Assembly: GCA_029838195.1 (NCBI GenBank)
Contig: JALGVJ010000038.1
Location: 1 to 64,000, forward strand
Length of the DNA: 64,000 nucleotides
Source: Promethearchaeota archaeon
Lineage (GTDB): Archaea > Asgardarchaeota > Lokiarchaeia > Sigyniarchaeales > SOKP01
Direction: 5' to 3'
Below the pieces are notes generated by a model. That model was not told where the DNA came from and ran no database searches. It saw nothing but the letters and a program-made list of their open reading frames with translations. Positions within the stretch are counted from its first letter, which is position 1, and each line of letters opens with the position of its first letter. Shown one piece after another: positions 52,792-63,243 of the stretch. A program made the position numbers and the translations under genes.

Positions 52792-54267
52792 CTAATTTGG
52801 TATAACGGGTAATAATATTAAAAATTTACTTCCTTTTGAATGGTCTCCCGTTATTCTATTTTCAATCCATATCTTTCCTTTATAACTATTAATGATCAAC
52901 TTCGTTAAATAAAGTCCAATTCCCATCCTAAAAGATTTAGATTCATGCATTTTTTCTATCGAAAAAATCATTTCTTTCCTCTCATCTCCAATTCCCCTTC
53001 CATTATCAATGAATTCTATCTTTGCATATTCCCTTTCTTTAACTTCTCGTGAGAGGTTTATGATAATTTCTTTAACTTCAGAATCATTATGAACGATTGC
53101 ATTTGTTAAAATATTTTTAAATACATCCTCAAGAAGTTTATTAGCTATAACATATAATTTTAAATTGTTAAGATTTAGAGTAATATTCACGTTCTTGTCT
53201 TGAAATCTTTTTTTTATTGTCTTGATTGATTTTCTTAACATTCTATTGAGAGCAATGGGCTTTAATTCTAATGATATGTTTTCGAGTTCAGAGATTTTAT
53301 TAACATTTGTCGATAATTTTATTCCTTGTTTTACTTGTTTTTTTAAAACGAAAATATTTTTTTTCAATATATTTCTATCAATAGAGTTAGCATTCAAATA
53401 GGTATCACATAACTGCAGGCCTAAATAAATTCCTTGCAAAAGATTATTAATGTCATGAACAAATATATCTTTATATAAATTAGTTTTCTGAATTACTTCT
53501 TTAAGATTTGCCTCTAAAATCTTTATGGGAGTAATATCCCAAGCAAAAACTAATATTTCTTTTATTTTATTGTTTTTTTTGATGGGAACCGAAATAACTT
53601 CGAGTGGAATCTGTTTTCCATCTTTATATTTAGACACTGTCTGATAATGAAATTCACTTGAATTGCCTTTTAATCTTTTTCTAAATTTTCTTAATGTAAT
53701 TTTCAAATGATGCATGGGTAAAAACTTTGAAAAAGGATTGTTTAACACATCTTCTTTGGTATAACCACTTAATTCTAACCCTTTTTCATTTATATATTTG
53801 ATTCTTCCCTTGAGATCAAGAATTACTAGAAAATCAACCCCATGTTTAGCAAAAATTTTATATTTTTTTTCAAAATTTTCTACTTTATCTTCCAGTTGTT
53901 TTTTGTCCGAAATATCATTGAAAACTAAATTCAAGAAATCCTTATTTCCTATATTTATCAATTTACCATTTAAAGCCGCACAAAATTTACTCCCTTCTTT
54001 TCTTCTTAATTGCATTTCATAATTCTCTATAGCTCCTTGTTCTCTTAATAATGTAAGCACATGCCTAAAGTCTTCAGATTTCTCAAAAAATTTTAAAAAA
54101 GTTGTATTTTTAAGCTCTTGAAAAGTATATCCCGTTAAAATCTCCATTTTTAAATTCATTACTAAAATATTTCCCCTTAGATCAGAGATGATCATTCCAC
54201 AAGGAGTAATATCAAATACTTTTTTGTAGTAATGAAAATTTTTAAATAATTCTTGTTCAATTTTCAT
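52792..54267 (-). CDS. PAS-PAS sensor histidine kinase
   Basis: Two PAS repeats; HDINN H-box, NILTNA, DNGRGI, GIGL. Confidence 0.92.
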   Translation of the reverse strand: MKIEQELFKNFHYYKKVFDITPCGMIISDLRGNILVMNLKMEILTGYTFQELKNTTFLKFFEKSEDFRHVLTLLREQGAIENYEMQLRRKEGSKFCAALNGKLINIGNKDFLNLVFNDISDKKQLEDKVENFEKKYKIFAKHGVDFLVILDLKGRIKYINEKGLELSGYTKEDVLNNPFSKFLPMHHLKITLRKFRKRLKGNSSEFHYQTVSKYKDGKQIPLEVISVPIKKNNKIKEILVFAWDITPIKILEANLKEVIQKTNLYKDIFVHDINNLLQGIYLGLQLCDTYLNANSIDRNILKKNIFVLKKQVKQGIKLSTNVNKISELENISLELKPIALNRMLRKSIKTIKKRFQDKNVNITLNLNNLKLYVIANKLLEDVFKNILTNAIVHNDSEVKEIIINLSREVKEREYAKIEFIDNGRGIGDERKEMIFSIEKMHESKSFRMGIGLYLTKLIINSYKGKIWIENRITGDHSKGSKFLILLPVIPN

Positions 54268-54842
54268 TATTTATTTCTATTTATCAGTACTTAATCGCTA
54301 GATCATATAGAAAATTATACTTTTCCTCTTTTGAATCGCTAACTTCATAAGGGAAAAGGAAGATAGTATAGTACATGATAATATATAATAATTATTTTCG
54401 GAAAGATTCCTTTTCTACTTTTTCTCTAATTACTAAAGAACATTCTTTTTATAAAAATGTTTTGCATCCTCTCTTGACTTCTTTTACGAAGCCACAAGAA
54501 GGCCGGAAGGTAGCCCATTCCAGCCAGGAAAACTCCATGCTCATGTTCCTAAATGCATTATTAAGATACACCCAAAATTCGGGACCTCAGCTGCTTGAGC
54601 GAAAGTTATATTTACTATTAAATGGGAATATTGAGCCCTTCATTAAAGACACGCACATTCTACTTCATTCTTCATAGTTAAAAAAATTCTAAGGAGTTTA
54701 AAATCTCGATATGTATCTTGTTTTTATGAAATCAATAAGAAATTTTTTATAAAAGAATACTTTTTTTGTCATAACCCTATTATTACAAATCATTTTTAGG
54801 TACGACCGTCTTATATTAAATTCAAATCAACTAAAAATTTGA

Positions 54843-55292
54843 ATGATAATGACTAATAGTAAAGAATGGAGTCCTTATATCCTCGGAATCTGCTGTAACT
54901 GGTGTACGTACGCCGGGGCTGACCAAGCTGGCACTTCTCGCATGCAGCGACCCCCAAATCTTCGCATCATGCGTGTCATGTGTGGTGGACGCGTTGAACC
55001 TCAATTCGTTCTTGACGCCCTCATGCAAGGTGTCGATGGTGTCTTGGTTTCCCATTGCCATCCAGGAGACTGCCATTATGTCGAAGGAAATTATAAAACC
55101 ATTCGAAAAATTCCCATGCTACACCTCTACTTGAAGCAATTCGGAATTAATCCTAAACGAGTCAAATATACTTTCGTTTCGGCATCGGAAGGAGCAGAAC
55201 TCACCGAAATCGTCAAGGAATTCGTGGAAGAACTGAAAGAATTGGGGCCTAATCCCATCAATCAAACAACTAAAAAGGAGGGAGCAAATTAA
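54843..55292 (+). CDS. mvhD: Hydrogenase iron-sulfur subunit MvhD
   Basis: CCNWCTYAGAD, RVMCGGRV, CHPGDCHY, VSASEG. Confidence 0.93.
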   Translation: MIMTNSKEWSPYILGICCNWCTYAGADQAGTSRMQRPPNLRIMRVMCGGRVEPQFVLDALMQGVDGVLVSHCHPGDCHYVEGNYKTIRKIPMLHLYLKQFGINPKRVKYTFVSASEGAELTEIVKEFVEELKELGPNPINQTTKKEGAN

Positions 55293-55293
55293 A

Positions 55294-55554
55294 ATGCAAA
55301 TATACATGCTGAAAATTAATAAGAATACATGTACGGGCTGTAATGCATGTGTCGTGAGTTGTCCAATTAATTTTAATCAATTGAGAAAAATGAGCTACTT
55401 GAATGAAGAAAATGCTGTCATTTTAGTAAAAAATGGGATTGCTACGCCCATTTATGATGAAAAAAGGGAGATTAACTGCGATGGTTGCGGAATATGCGTC
55501 CAGATCTGCCCACAAGTAGCCATAAAAATAAATTGCGTGGAGGAGGTGATATGA
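55294..55554 (+). CDS. 2x[4Fe-4S] ferredoxin, FwdG-like
   Basis: CTGCNACVVSCP; CDGCGICVQICP; operon context. Confidence 0.8.
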   Translation: MQIYMLKINKNTCTGCNACVVSCPINFNQLRKMSYLNEENAVILVKNGIATPIYDEKREINCDGCGICVQICPQVAIKINCVEEVI

Positions 55555-55558
55555 AAAA

Positions 55559-56281
55559 GTGTCTTTCCCAAAAATAACCAGAAATATTTCAAAAGAACAA
55601 GAACAAGTAAAAGTTCAATTTCTCACGGAAAGCTTGGAACTTATTTTAGATAGAGCAAAATGTGTAGGTTGTGGGACTTGTGCAAGAGTGTGTCCTAAAG
55701 AAGCTATTAGTAGAGGACCCGTGGGTGCTTCACGACGCTTTCCGACCACCGAAAATATCATTCCTGAAGTATATGACCCAAAGAAATGCTCATTTTGCGC
55801 CACGTGCGTGATCATGTGTCCTTTTAGTGCGCTCACGTTTAAGAAAAATGGAGAAGTGGTTAATTTAGAAGATCTCACGCTTATTAGCGAGAAAGCCATG
55901 CCTGAATTGAAATTCGAAGTTAAAAAAGTTAAAAATAATGAAGGCGTTGAGCGCGTGGTCAAGCAATATGTCAAGGCTAGCGTGAGTATTGATAATGAAG
56001 TATGTGCGGGCGGATGCAGTAGTTGTGCCATTGTTTGTCCAACGGGGGCCATTAGCATTGCGAAGAAACCGGAAAAAGGATGGGAAGCCTCAGCAAAAGT
56101 CGAGGTCGTAGATGAAGCGAAGTGTGTAGGCTGCGGGGCTTGCGATAACGTATGTCCAACAGGCGCAGTCCAATTAAGGATCGAGGAAGTGCATTATTCA
56201 GGCGAATATAATGAGATATTTTGGGATCCGCTCATTGAGAGATTAAAAGATTTAAGATGGAGTAAAAAGGAGGAGGAGTGA
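55559..56281 (+). CDS. Polyferredoxin, FwdF-like
   Basis: Four ferredoxin-type Cys motifs; operon context. Confidence 0.8.
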   Translation: MSFPKITRNISKEQEQVKVQFLTESLELILDRAKCVGCGTCARVCPKEAISRGPVGASRRFPTTENIIPEVYDPKKCSFCATCVIMCPFSALTFKKNGEVVNLEDLTLISEKAMPELKFEVKKVKNNEGVERVVKQYVKASVSIDNEVCAGGCSSCAIVCPTGAISIAKKPEKGWEASAKVEVVDEAKCVGCGACDNVCPTGAVQLRIEEVHYSGEYNEIFWDPLIERLKDLRWSKKEEE

Positions 56282-56682
56282 AAATGAGTTTGGATAATTT
56301 AATTTTATTAACCGGACGCACCATTAATCAAGGGATTGCTTTAGAAGGGAGCAAGTTGGGGAGGGAAAACGTGCGGGCAGCGGCAATTTGTGCCTTTGAT
56401 AAGGAGGATTTCAAGAAATTAAATTGTTTAGCGGGGACACCAGTTAAAGTATCAACGGAGCATGGGGAAGTAGTGGTATATTCTACGATTTCGGAGGAGG
56501 GCCCTCATCCCGGGATAATTTTTATTCCGTTAGGGCCTTGGGCGAATCAAGTGGTAAATCCCGATTCTCAATCTTGTGGTACTCCGACGTATAAAGGGAT
56601 AAAAGCGAAGGTGGAAGTCGTGAAGAATGGGAAGGTATTAGACGCGTTAGATTTGATTAAAAATTTAAAGGAGGAGGCATGA
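56278..56682 (+). CDS. fwdD: Formylmethanofuran dehydrogenase subunit D
   Basis: LLTGRTINQG, IFIPLGPWAN, GTPTYKG. Confidence 0.9.
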   Translation: MKMSLDNLILLTGRTINQGIALEGSKLGRENVRAAAICAFDKEDFKKLNCLAGTPVKVSTEHGEVVVYSTISEEGPHPGIIFIPLGPWANQVVNPDSQSCGTPTYKGIKAKVEVVKNGKVLDALDLIKNLKEEA

Positions 56683-57964
56683 AAATCATGGAAAAGAAAT
56701 ACAAGACCGTGTATGATGTGGCATGTCCATTTTGCGGGACGCTTTGTGATGATGTGGAGGTAGACGTGGATATTAAGAAAGGAGAGATTATTGAAGTGAG
56801 AAATGCGTGTCAGATTGGAACTAAAAAGTTCTTTTCTTCCAATCCCAGTGCGCATCGATATACAAAACCGTTAATTAAGAAGAACGGTACCCACGTAGAG
56901 GCATCTTGGGAAGAAGCAATTGAAAGGGCAGCAGATATTTTAGTGAAAGCGAAACGTCCCTTACTATATGGTTTTTCCAGTACAGAATGTGAGGCTCAAT
57001 CAAAAGGAGTGATCTTGGCAGAGGAATTAGGAGGTATATTGGATAACACAGCTTCAGTTTGTCATGGTCCTTCCTTGTTAGCCATTCAAGATGTGGGTGC
57101 ACCTCTTTCGACCTTAGGAGAATTCAAGAATCGGGCCGATTTAGTAATATTTTGGGGCTCGAATCCCGTACATGCGCATCCTCGTCATCTTGGGAGATAT
57201 AGTGAGTTCGTTAGGGGATTCTTTAGAAGGGACGGAAGAAATGAGCGGTTTGTCGTGGTGGTAGATCCGAGAAACACGCATACAGCTCAAATCGCTGATT
57301 TATACATTCCCATTCGGCCAAATGAGGATTATGAATTGATTAATGCAATTCGTGCTCTTTTAAGAGGAGTTGAATTAGATGAACAAGAAATTTCGGGAGT
57401 ACCCTTGGAAAAGATAAAAGAATTAGTGAGTGTCCTTAAATCGCACATCATCGGAACATTGATGCTGCAATTTGTTTGGTACGCGAGTTAAATGATCACA
57501 CGAAATTTCTTTTATTACCCATGCGGGGGCATTATAACGTTACGGGGGCAAATGTAGTCTTCACGTGGAATACGGGGTATGGATATTCCATTGATTTTTC
57601 AAAAGGGTATCCTCGTTATAATCCCGGAGAATTCTCAAGCGTGGACGTTTTATTAAGAGATGAGATCGATGCATCCTTAATCGTGGCGTCGGATCCTGCC
57701 AGTAATTTTCCGGCAGCGGCAGTTAAGAATCTATTCAAACATCCATTAATAGTTCTTGAACCTCATGAGACGCCAACCTCCATGTTCGCGGATGTCATTT
57801 TACCACCGGCTTTTGCCGGCATAGAAGTGGAAGGTACGGCCTATCGCATGGATAAAATACCCATTCGATTAAGAAAAGTAAAGGATGCTCCTGAAGGATG
57901 CTTGAGTGATAAAGAGATCTTGGAATTAATAATTGAAAAAGTGAAAGAAAAAAAAGGTGAATGA
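56679..57964 (+). pseudogene. fwdB: Formylmethanofuran dehydrogenase subunit B, split by a deletion/frameshift near 57444
   Basis: CPFCGTLCDD, NTASVCHGPS and HAHPRH lie in one frame. HRNIDAAICLVRELN...MRGHYNV...GTAYRMD continue in another. Confidence 0.85.
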
Positions 57965-58775
57965 TTTGGCAGAAATCAAATTAAAATTAAAAAATAAATT
58001 GACCTTTCCTTTAGAAGCAGAATCCATCACGCCCGATAATTTTGCTGGAAAATCCTTGGAGGAGATTAAAAAATTACCCGTGTATTACGGGAATGAAGAG
58101 GCGACCATTGGAGACTTTTTTGATGTCTCCGGCAAAACGAGCAAGCTGGAGGAAATGAAAATCATCATGGAGGGAGATCTTTCCAAGGTAAAACGCATTG
58201 GAGAGAAAATGTCTGGAGGAGTAATCGAGATTAAGGGAAATGTAGGAATGCACGTGGGAAATCAAATGAAAGGAGGAAAAATCGTGGTAAATGGAAATGC
58301 AGATGATTGGGCAGGAGCCATGCTTCAAGGAGGAGAGCTCATCATAAATGGAGATGCAGGAAATTATGTTGGAGCCGCTTATAGAGGGTATTGGATTGGC
58401 ATGACAAATGGCGTGATTCGGGTAAAAGGGAAGGTAGGAATGGAGGCGCTATTATGGGCTCGAAGCTCCAAAGGGGCAAAAAAATGGCCAATATTATATT
58501 GCGGTAGTGCTGCGGGCTTTTTAGGGGCTCATAATCACGGAGGCACGATAATCGTGGAAGGAGATTGTGAACGCTGCGTGGGTGCAGATCAAGCATGGGG
58601 TACCATAGTAATAAAGGGCAAGGTATCCCGATTATTGCCATCGTTCAAGAAACTTGGAGAAGTTTCTGAAATAGAATTGCCCAATGGAGAGAAAATAACG
58701 GGTAAATTTGTAGAACTAAGCGGGGATCATAGCGTTAAAAAAGAGACGAATGGTCGTCTCTATGTAGCTGCATGA
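57957..58775 (+). CDS. fwdC: Formylmethanofuran dehydrogenase subunit C
   Basis: LEAESITPD, Gly-rich beta-helix repeats, GAAYRG. Confidence 0.92.
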   Translation: MNDLAEIKLKLKNKLTFPLEAESITPDNFAGKSLEEIKKLPVYYGNEEATIGDFFDVSGKTSKLEEMKIIMEGDLSKVKRIGEKMSGGVIEIKGNVGMHVGNQMKGGKIVVNGNADDWAGAMLQGGELIINGDAGNYVGAAYRGYWIGMTNGVIRVKGKVGMEALLWARSSKGAKKWPILYCGSAAGFLGAHNHGGTIIVEGDCERCVGADQAWGTIVIKGKVSRLLPSFKKLGEVSEIELPNGEKITGKFVELSGDHSVKKETNGRLYVAA

Positions 58776-59037
58776 TTAATTTTCATTTTTATTGTATTTT
58801 TATTTCTTCTTTCATTTCTTTTTGTACATGAATTTCAGAAAAATTGTATTTGGTACGACAATTTAATTTTGAGTTCGATTTCGATAAAATATTTCTTACT
58901 AAATGAAAATGGGGCAAGAAATAAAGAGATTTCAAAATAAGGCTAAAAAAATAGGGATAAAAGGATCTTTTAAATAAAAAGAAGGTTTATTAACGTGACA
59001 AAAGAAATATGTATTAAATTTAAGTAAAAAAAAATAA

Positions 59038-59442
59038 ATGGTTAAAATGGATAATAAGGAAAGATATTACAAGTATTTATTCATTACGGGGGCTTTTTTC
59101 AACTGGATCAATGCCTTGACATTCACGATCCTTAGCATCTTTTTTCCAGAGGTTTTTACTTTATTTGGAACGTTAATACCTCCCACGCTTTTTTTCCTGC
59201 ACTCGCTATTAGGACTCATTTTCACCTATGGAATAGGATATTTCATCGTCGGATTAGATATTACGAAGAATAGAGGTGTCGTGTGGCTTGGAGTGATAAG
59301 CAAGCTATTTTTCTTTACCACGTGCGTTCTTTATTTTCTGCTTGGAGAAATCGCAGGAATAATTGTAATATTAGGTTCAGGTGATCTCATATATGCGTGT
59401 TTATTTATCGAGTTTTTAATGAAATTTAAAAAAAAGGAGTAA
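59038..59442 (+). CDS. Small membrane protein (about 4 TM)
   Basis: Hydrophobic ORF. Confidence 0.7.
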   Translation: MVKMDNKERYYKYLFITGAFFNWINALTFTILSIFFPEVFTLFGTLIPPTLFFLHSLLGLIFTYGIGYFIVGLDITKNRGVVWLGVISKLFFFTTCVLYFLLGEIAGIIVILGSGDLIYACLFIEFLMKFKKKE

Positions 59443-59501
59443 AGCCCGATACTTAGGATTTTGGCAAATTATAACTCTTTTTATTTTTTATTTTTTATTT
59501 T

Positions 59502-60365
59502 TTATTTCTTTCCTCCTTCTATTTTCAATAACATGTTTTCAATGAAATCATGGCTAAACACTTTAAAGATCTCAATTAATCTCCACCAGCGGGGCACGAA
59601 AAACTCTTTTCTATAAGAGAGAGAGGCCTTGAAGATGCTTTTTGCTATATCTTTTGCGGTAACATATTGATAAAGAAAGCCTCTTTTTTGATAATCCTTG
59701 GACCATTGTTGTAAATCAGAAGAGGCAGCCCAGAATTGCGTGCTTGCGGGAGCCGGACATGCGGTTATGACTTGAATATAATCTCCTCTCATGATATATT
59801 CCATGCGCAAGGAGTCAGCGAGGGCGATTACAGCATGCTTGCTCATGCTATACGCCGCTAAATGGGGAATGCCTGTTTTGCCCGCAGAACTAGCAGTAAA
59901 AATCAATTGTCCTTCTCTCCTTTCAGGATTTTCTTTTGTTGGAGAAGGCCTGCCGATATAAGGAAAAGCTGCTTGAAGGACCAGCCATATGCCATCTACA
60001 TTTACTGCCATAATTTTTCTATATTGCTCGAAGCTCTGATCGTCAGCAATTGAGAATTTATTTCCGATACCCGCATTATTATGAAGAATGTCGATGTATT
60101 TTTCCTTTTCTACAATTTTTTTTATTACGGCTTGTATTTGTTTCCGATCCGTGACATCACACTCAAGGGCTTCAGCATGGATGGCTCCTAATTCCTTGAG
60201 CTCTTCTAAGAAGGGGGTTGAAATCAAATTAGGCAAATCCAATAGGTACATGCGCATTTTTAATGTAGCGAATTTTTTACACACCTCTTTACCTATATCC
60301 CCAAAAGCGCCCGTAATCACAAATATCTTATTTTCATACCATTTCTTCTTCATGGATCTTACCAC
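59502..60365 (-). CDS. Short-chain dehydrogenase/reductase
   Basis: ITGAFGDIG, NNAGIG, YSMSK. Confidence 0.92.
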   Translation of the reverse strand: MVRSMKKKWYENKIFVITGAFGDIGKEVCKKFATLKMRMYLLDLPNLISTPFLEELKELGAIHAEALECDVTDRKQIQAVIKKIVEKEKYIDILHNNAGIGNKFSIADDQSFEQYRKIMAVNVDGIWLVLQAAFPYIGRPSPTKENPERREGQLIFTASSAGKTGIPHLAAYSMSKHAVIALADSLRMEYIMRGDYIQVITACPAPASTQFWAASSDLQQWSKDYQKRGFLYQYVTAKDIAKSIFKASLSYRKEFFVPRWWRLIEIFKVFSHDFIENMLLKIEGGKK

Positions 60366-60558
60366 TTACGATCAAGTACTTTTTCATTAGCATGCACTAA
60401 TTAAATTTTTATAAGTATTAAAATCCTCAAGGTATTCATTATCGGTCTACCTAAATTTATTAAGAAAAATTATCATTAATAAAATAAACTATTATTTCCC
60501 TTAAAAATCAACTTAATTTAAATAAAAATTTTAATCATTAATATAGTGAAAGCAAACC

Positions 60559-61287
60559 ATGAGCACTCAAAATGCATTAATTGTTCGCGGAGTTGTATTC
60601 ATTTTTACGGTTTTTGCATTTTTAACGCCGCTCTATACTCTTGGATGGGAAGTTGAGTCACACGGCACTCAATTTTACAGTAGTTCCGGAAGTCTAATTG
60701 AAATCCATGGGTACGGCATAAATTTATACAATTTAACGTATAACGAAGATGAACGACGGGTGTCTTCTGAAGAAATAGATCTTCCGCCGGGTGTAGATGA
60801 ATATAGCGGTGGAATTGGATTAACCAGCCTGCTTGCTATTATCATGCAGCTGATAACATTGATAGCATTATATACCAATCATCCAAAAGTTTCAATGCTG
60901 TTCGCCATTTTTGCCATATTTATCTTTATTGGACTAATGATATTCGTAACAACCGTGAAAAATTATTTTGAAGAAGGATTCGAAGCACAATTTAATAGGA
61001 AATTTACGAATGGAAAGGCGTATATTGAAAGTTATGAAATTCCTAACGAGGATGGTTCCGGTACTACTCTCTCGTTTTTCATAAAACCAGATGATAAAGT
61101 TGGGAAAGGAGAGCCCACCTTATCCCAACCTGGCCAAGTAATTCAACCCGCTGTTGTTATTCCAGTCCAACAAGTGAGTCCACCCCCAGTGCAGAGAAGA
61201 GAGGTGCGGCATTGCCCCGAATGTGGCCAACTGCGGAAAGAAAATGAGAAATATTGCACGTATTGCGGGCGCGAATTTAAAGATTGA
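60559..61287 (+). CDS. Membrane protein with Pro/Gln linker and C-terminal zinc ribbon
   Basis: TM segments; CPECG...YCTYCG. Confidence 0.75.
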   Translation: MSTQNALIVRGVVFIFTVFAFLTPLYTLGWEVESHGTQFYSSSGSLIEIHGYGINLYNLTYNEDERRVSSEEIDLPPGVDEYSGGIGLTSLLAIIMQLITLIALYTNHPKVSMLFAIFAIFIFIGLMIFVTTVKNYFEEGFEAQFNRKFTNGKAYIESYEIPNEDGSGTTLSFFIKPDDKVGKGEPTLSQPGQVIQPAVVIPVQQVSPPPVQRREVRHCPECGQLRKENEKYCTYCGREFKD

Positions 61288-61566
61288 TTTTTCTTTTTTT
61301 GTATTATCATTAAATTTTTTTATTTTTTTAGTTGATCTATTTTTCAAATATTAAAAGCATCTTATTCTTGTCAAAAAGATGCATGGTTTCTATTAGATGG
61401 TCATTCCGTAAAATTCCCATCAATTTCCCTTTAAAAATGAGTTTTCATGATTGAAAAGGGATTGGAACTTTATTTTTAACTTAATTTTTTAATTTAGCTT
61501 GCTGTTAATTTTATCATTACCATTCTTGGGAAACATTTTAATTAAGAGCCCTAATTTATTTTATTT

Positions 61567-62721
61567 ATGGGTTTATCAAAAAGAGAACGAGTCATTCGAA
61601 CTTTAGAACTTGAAGAACCGGATATGGTTCCCATTCATAACATGGGTTTTGAACGCACGAGCAAGGTATTTCAAGTTTTTCTTAAATCAGAAGAGCGGAA
61701 ACAATGCATGACACGAGTTAAGAGTAAAATTTCAAAGAAAAAATATTTGCTGACGGAACAGCGATTCTGGAATGTCGATATAATCGAGATGGACCCCTTC
61801 GGACCGAATAAATTAAAATATCGCTTACAACCTGCTCCTCCGGAATTTCCGAATTGCCGTCTTGATCCGCTCACCGGAAAAATTACTAAAAATGTTAAAC
61901 AAGTAGATACGGGTTTGGATTATACATGGTACGTGGATGGTTATTTTAAAACACCGGAAATTTTATATAGCTATTGGGATCAATACGGACGCCCTTCAGA
62001 GAATATAAATGAAAAGATTAATTATTCACCTCAAATCTGGAACGATTTTGTTGAAGTAGTGGCTCCATATTTTTATCCCATGGCATTAACTCCCATTAAC
62101 ATGGTAGAAGAATTAATAGGGGGCGTGACTTTTGGCCGTATCGCTTATTACATTCGAAAAGACCCGCAATTCATCCACGATATCATGAAAGAATATACCA
62201 AAACAAATTTAGAAATAATTAAAAGATACAATGAAGCTGGTGTGGAAATCGTCTTTTATGGAGATGATTTGGGGTATAAAGGGCATGCTATTTTTTCAAT
62301 TGAGCATTACAAGAAATTCATACTTCCATATCATGAACAAATTTATCAAGCGTGTAAAAAATATGGCATGTTCGTGGTTCATCATTCTGATGGCTACATA
62401 GACGAGCTCGTTCCTTACATGGTAAACGCCGGTTTGGATTGCATTCAAGCATTAGAACCTACTGCAGGAGTAGATTTGAAAAAGCTAAAAGAAAATCACG
62501 GAGATCGCTTGAGTTTCATGGGAGGAATGGATCATGCCGTTCTGGGATTCGGAACACCGAAGGACATAGAAGAAGAAGTAAAAAGATGCATTAAAGTGGC
62601 AGCTCCAGGAGGAGGTTATTTTGCGGGACCCGGCCATACCATTTTGAATGCGCCTTGGGAAAATATTTTAGCTTTTCGGGATGCTATCGAAAAATATCGC
62701 AAGTATCCTTTAAAATTTTAG
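61567..62721 (+). CDS. Uroporphyrinogen decarboxylase / methylcobamide methyltransferase family
   Basis: YGDDLG, HHSDG, GGMD, GGGYFAG. Confidence 0.85.
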   Translation: MGLSKRERVIRTLELEEPDMVPIHNMGFERTSKVFQVFLKSEERKQCMTRVKSKISKKKYLLTEQRFWNVDIIEMDPFGPNKLKYRLQPAPPEFPNCRLDPLTGKITKNVKQVDTGLDYTWYVDGYFKTPEILYSYWDQYGRPSENINEKINYSPQIWNDFVEVVAPYFYPMALTPINMVEELIGGVTFGRIAYYIRKDPQFIHDIMKEYTKTNLEIIKRYNEAGVEIVFYGDDLGYKGHAIFSIEHYKKFILPYHEQIYQACKKYGMFVVHHSDGYIDELVPYMVNAGLDCIQALEPTAGVDLKKLKENHGDRLSFMGGMDHAVLGFGTPKDIEEEVKRCIKVAAPGGGYFAGPGHTILNAPWENILAFRDAIEKYRKYPLKF

Positions 62722-62806
62722 TTTCATATTGCATGCTAAATGTCTCATTTTCAAATCTAAAGCGAAAACAAAAGAAAAAGAATATTATTAAATTAAATTC
62801 AATCTC

Positions 62807-63090
62807 TTATTTTTTATTTTAATGAATCCACCAGTTCTCATGAGTTCACGCGGTCTTAGAAATTCTTTCCCCGTTTTATCGGCTAATTCGTCCAACATTT
62901 TTGTCTACCTTCCATAATTTTTCTTTCCAGCACCAAAGAGCCCCCGTGTATTCATTCCTGCGAGGTTTGGCTCATCAATAGCTTTGTATCTAGACACATT
63001 CCCTTCTTCTAATAAACGAAATCCCTCATTTACCATCATGGCAATGGCTTATTCAGGATTAAAGAGAACCACTTTTTTTGATTTGTCAAT
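62807..63090 (-). pseudogene. 3' remnant of a 3-hydroxyacyl-CoA dehydrogenase-like gene
   Basis: Manual translation IDKSKKVVLFNPE*AIAMMVNEGFRLLEEGNVS...ID...GLFGAGKKNYGR*...LRPRELMRTGGF, with two in-frame stops. Confidence 0.6.
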
Positions 63091-63243
63091 GGAAATCACC
63101 CATAACTCTTGACTTTGTTAATTTTTCTTTGATGGCTTTTTTAATATTTATTTTCCCCTTCTAATTTTCATGGAGTTCCAAGTTTTTTTCATTCCGCAGT
63201 CTCAAGACGTCTAAGAATTAAAAAAACTTAATCACATCTCATC

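Noticed and set aside
54375-54677. ORF or possible Moco/Tuco riboswitch upstream of mvhD-fwd
   Set aside because: Slightly GC-richer, but no recognisable protein motif or riboswitch consensus; an Infernal/Rfam search would be needed.
57430-57495. Selenocysteine readthrough or programmed frameshift in fwdB
   Set aside because: The active-site residue is already Cys, and coding sequence appears to be missing, which recoding cannot restore.
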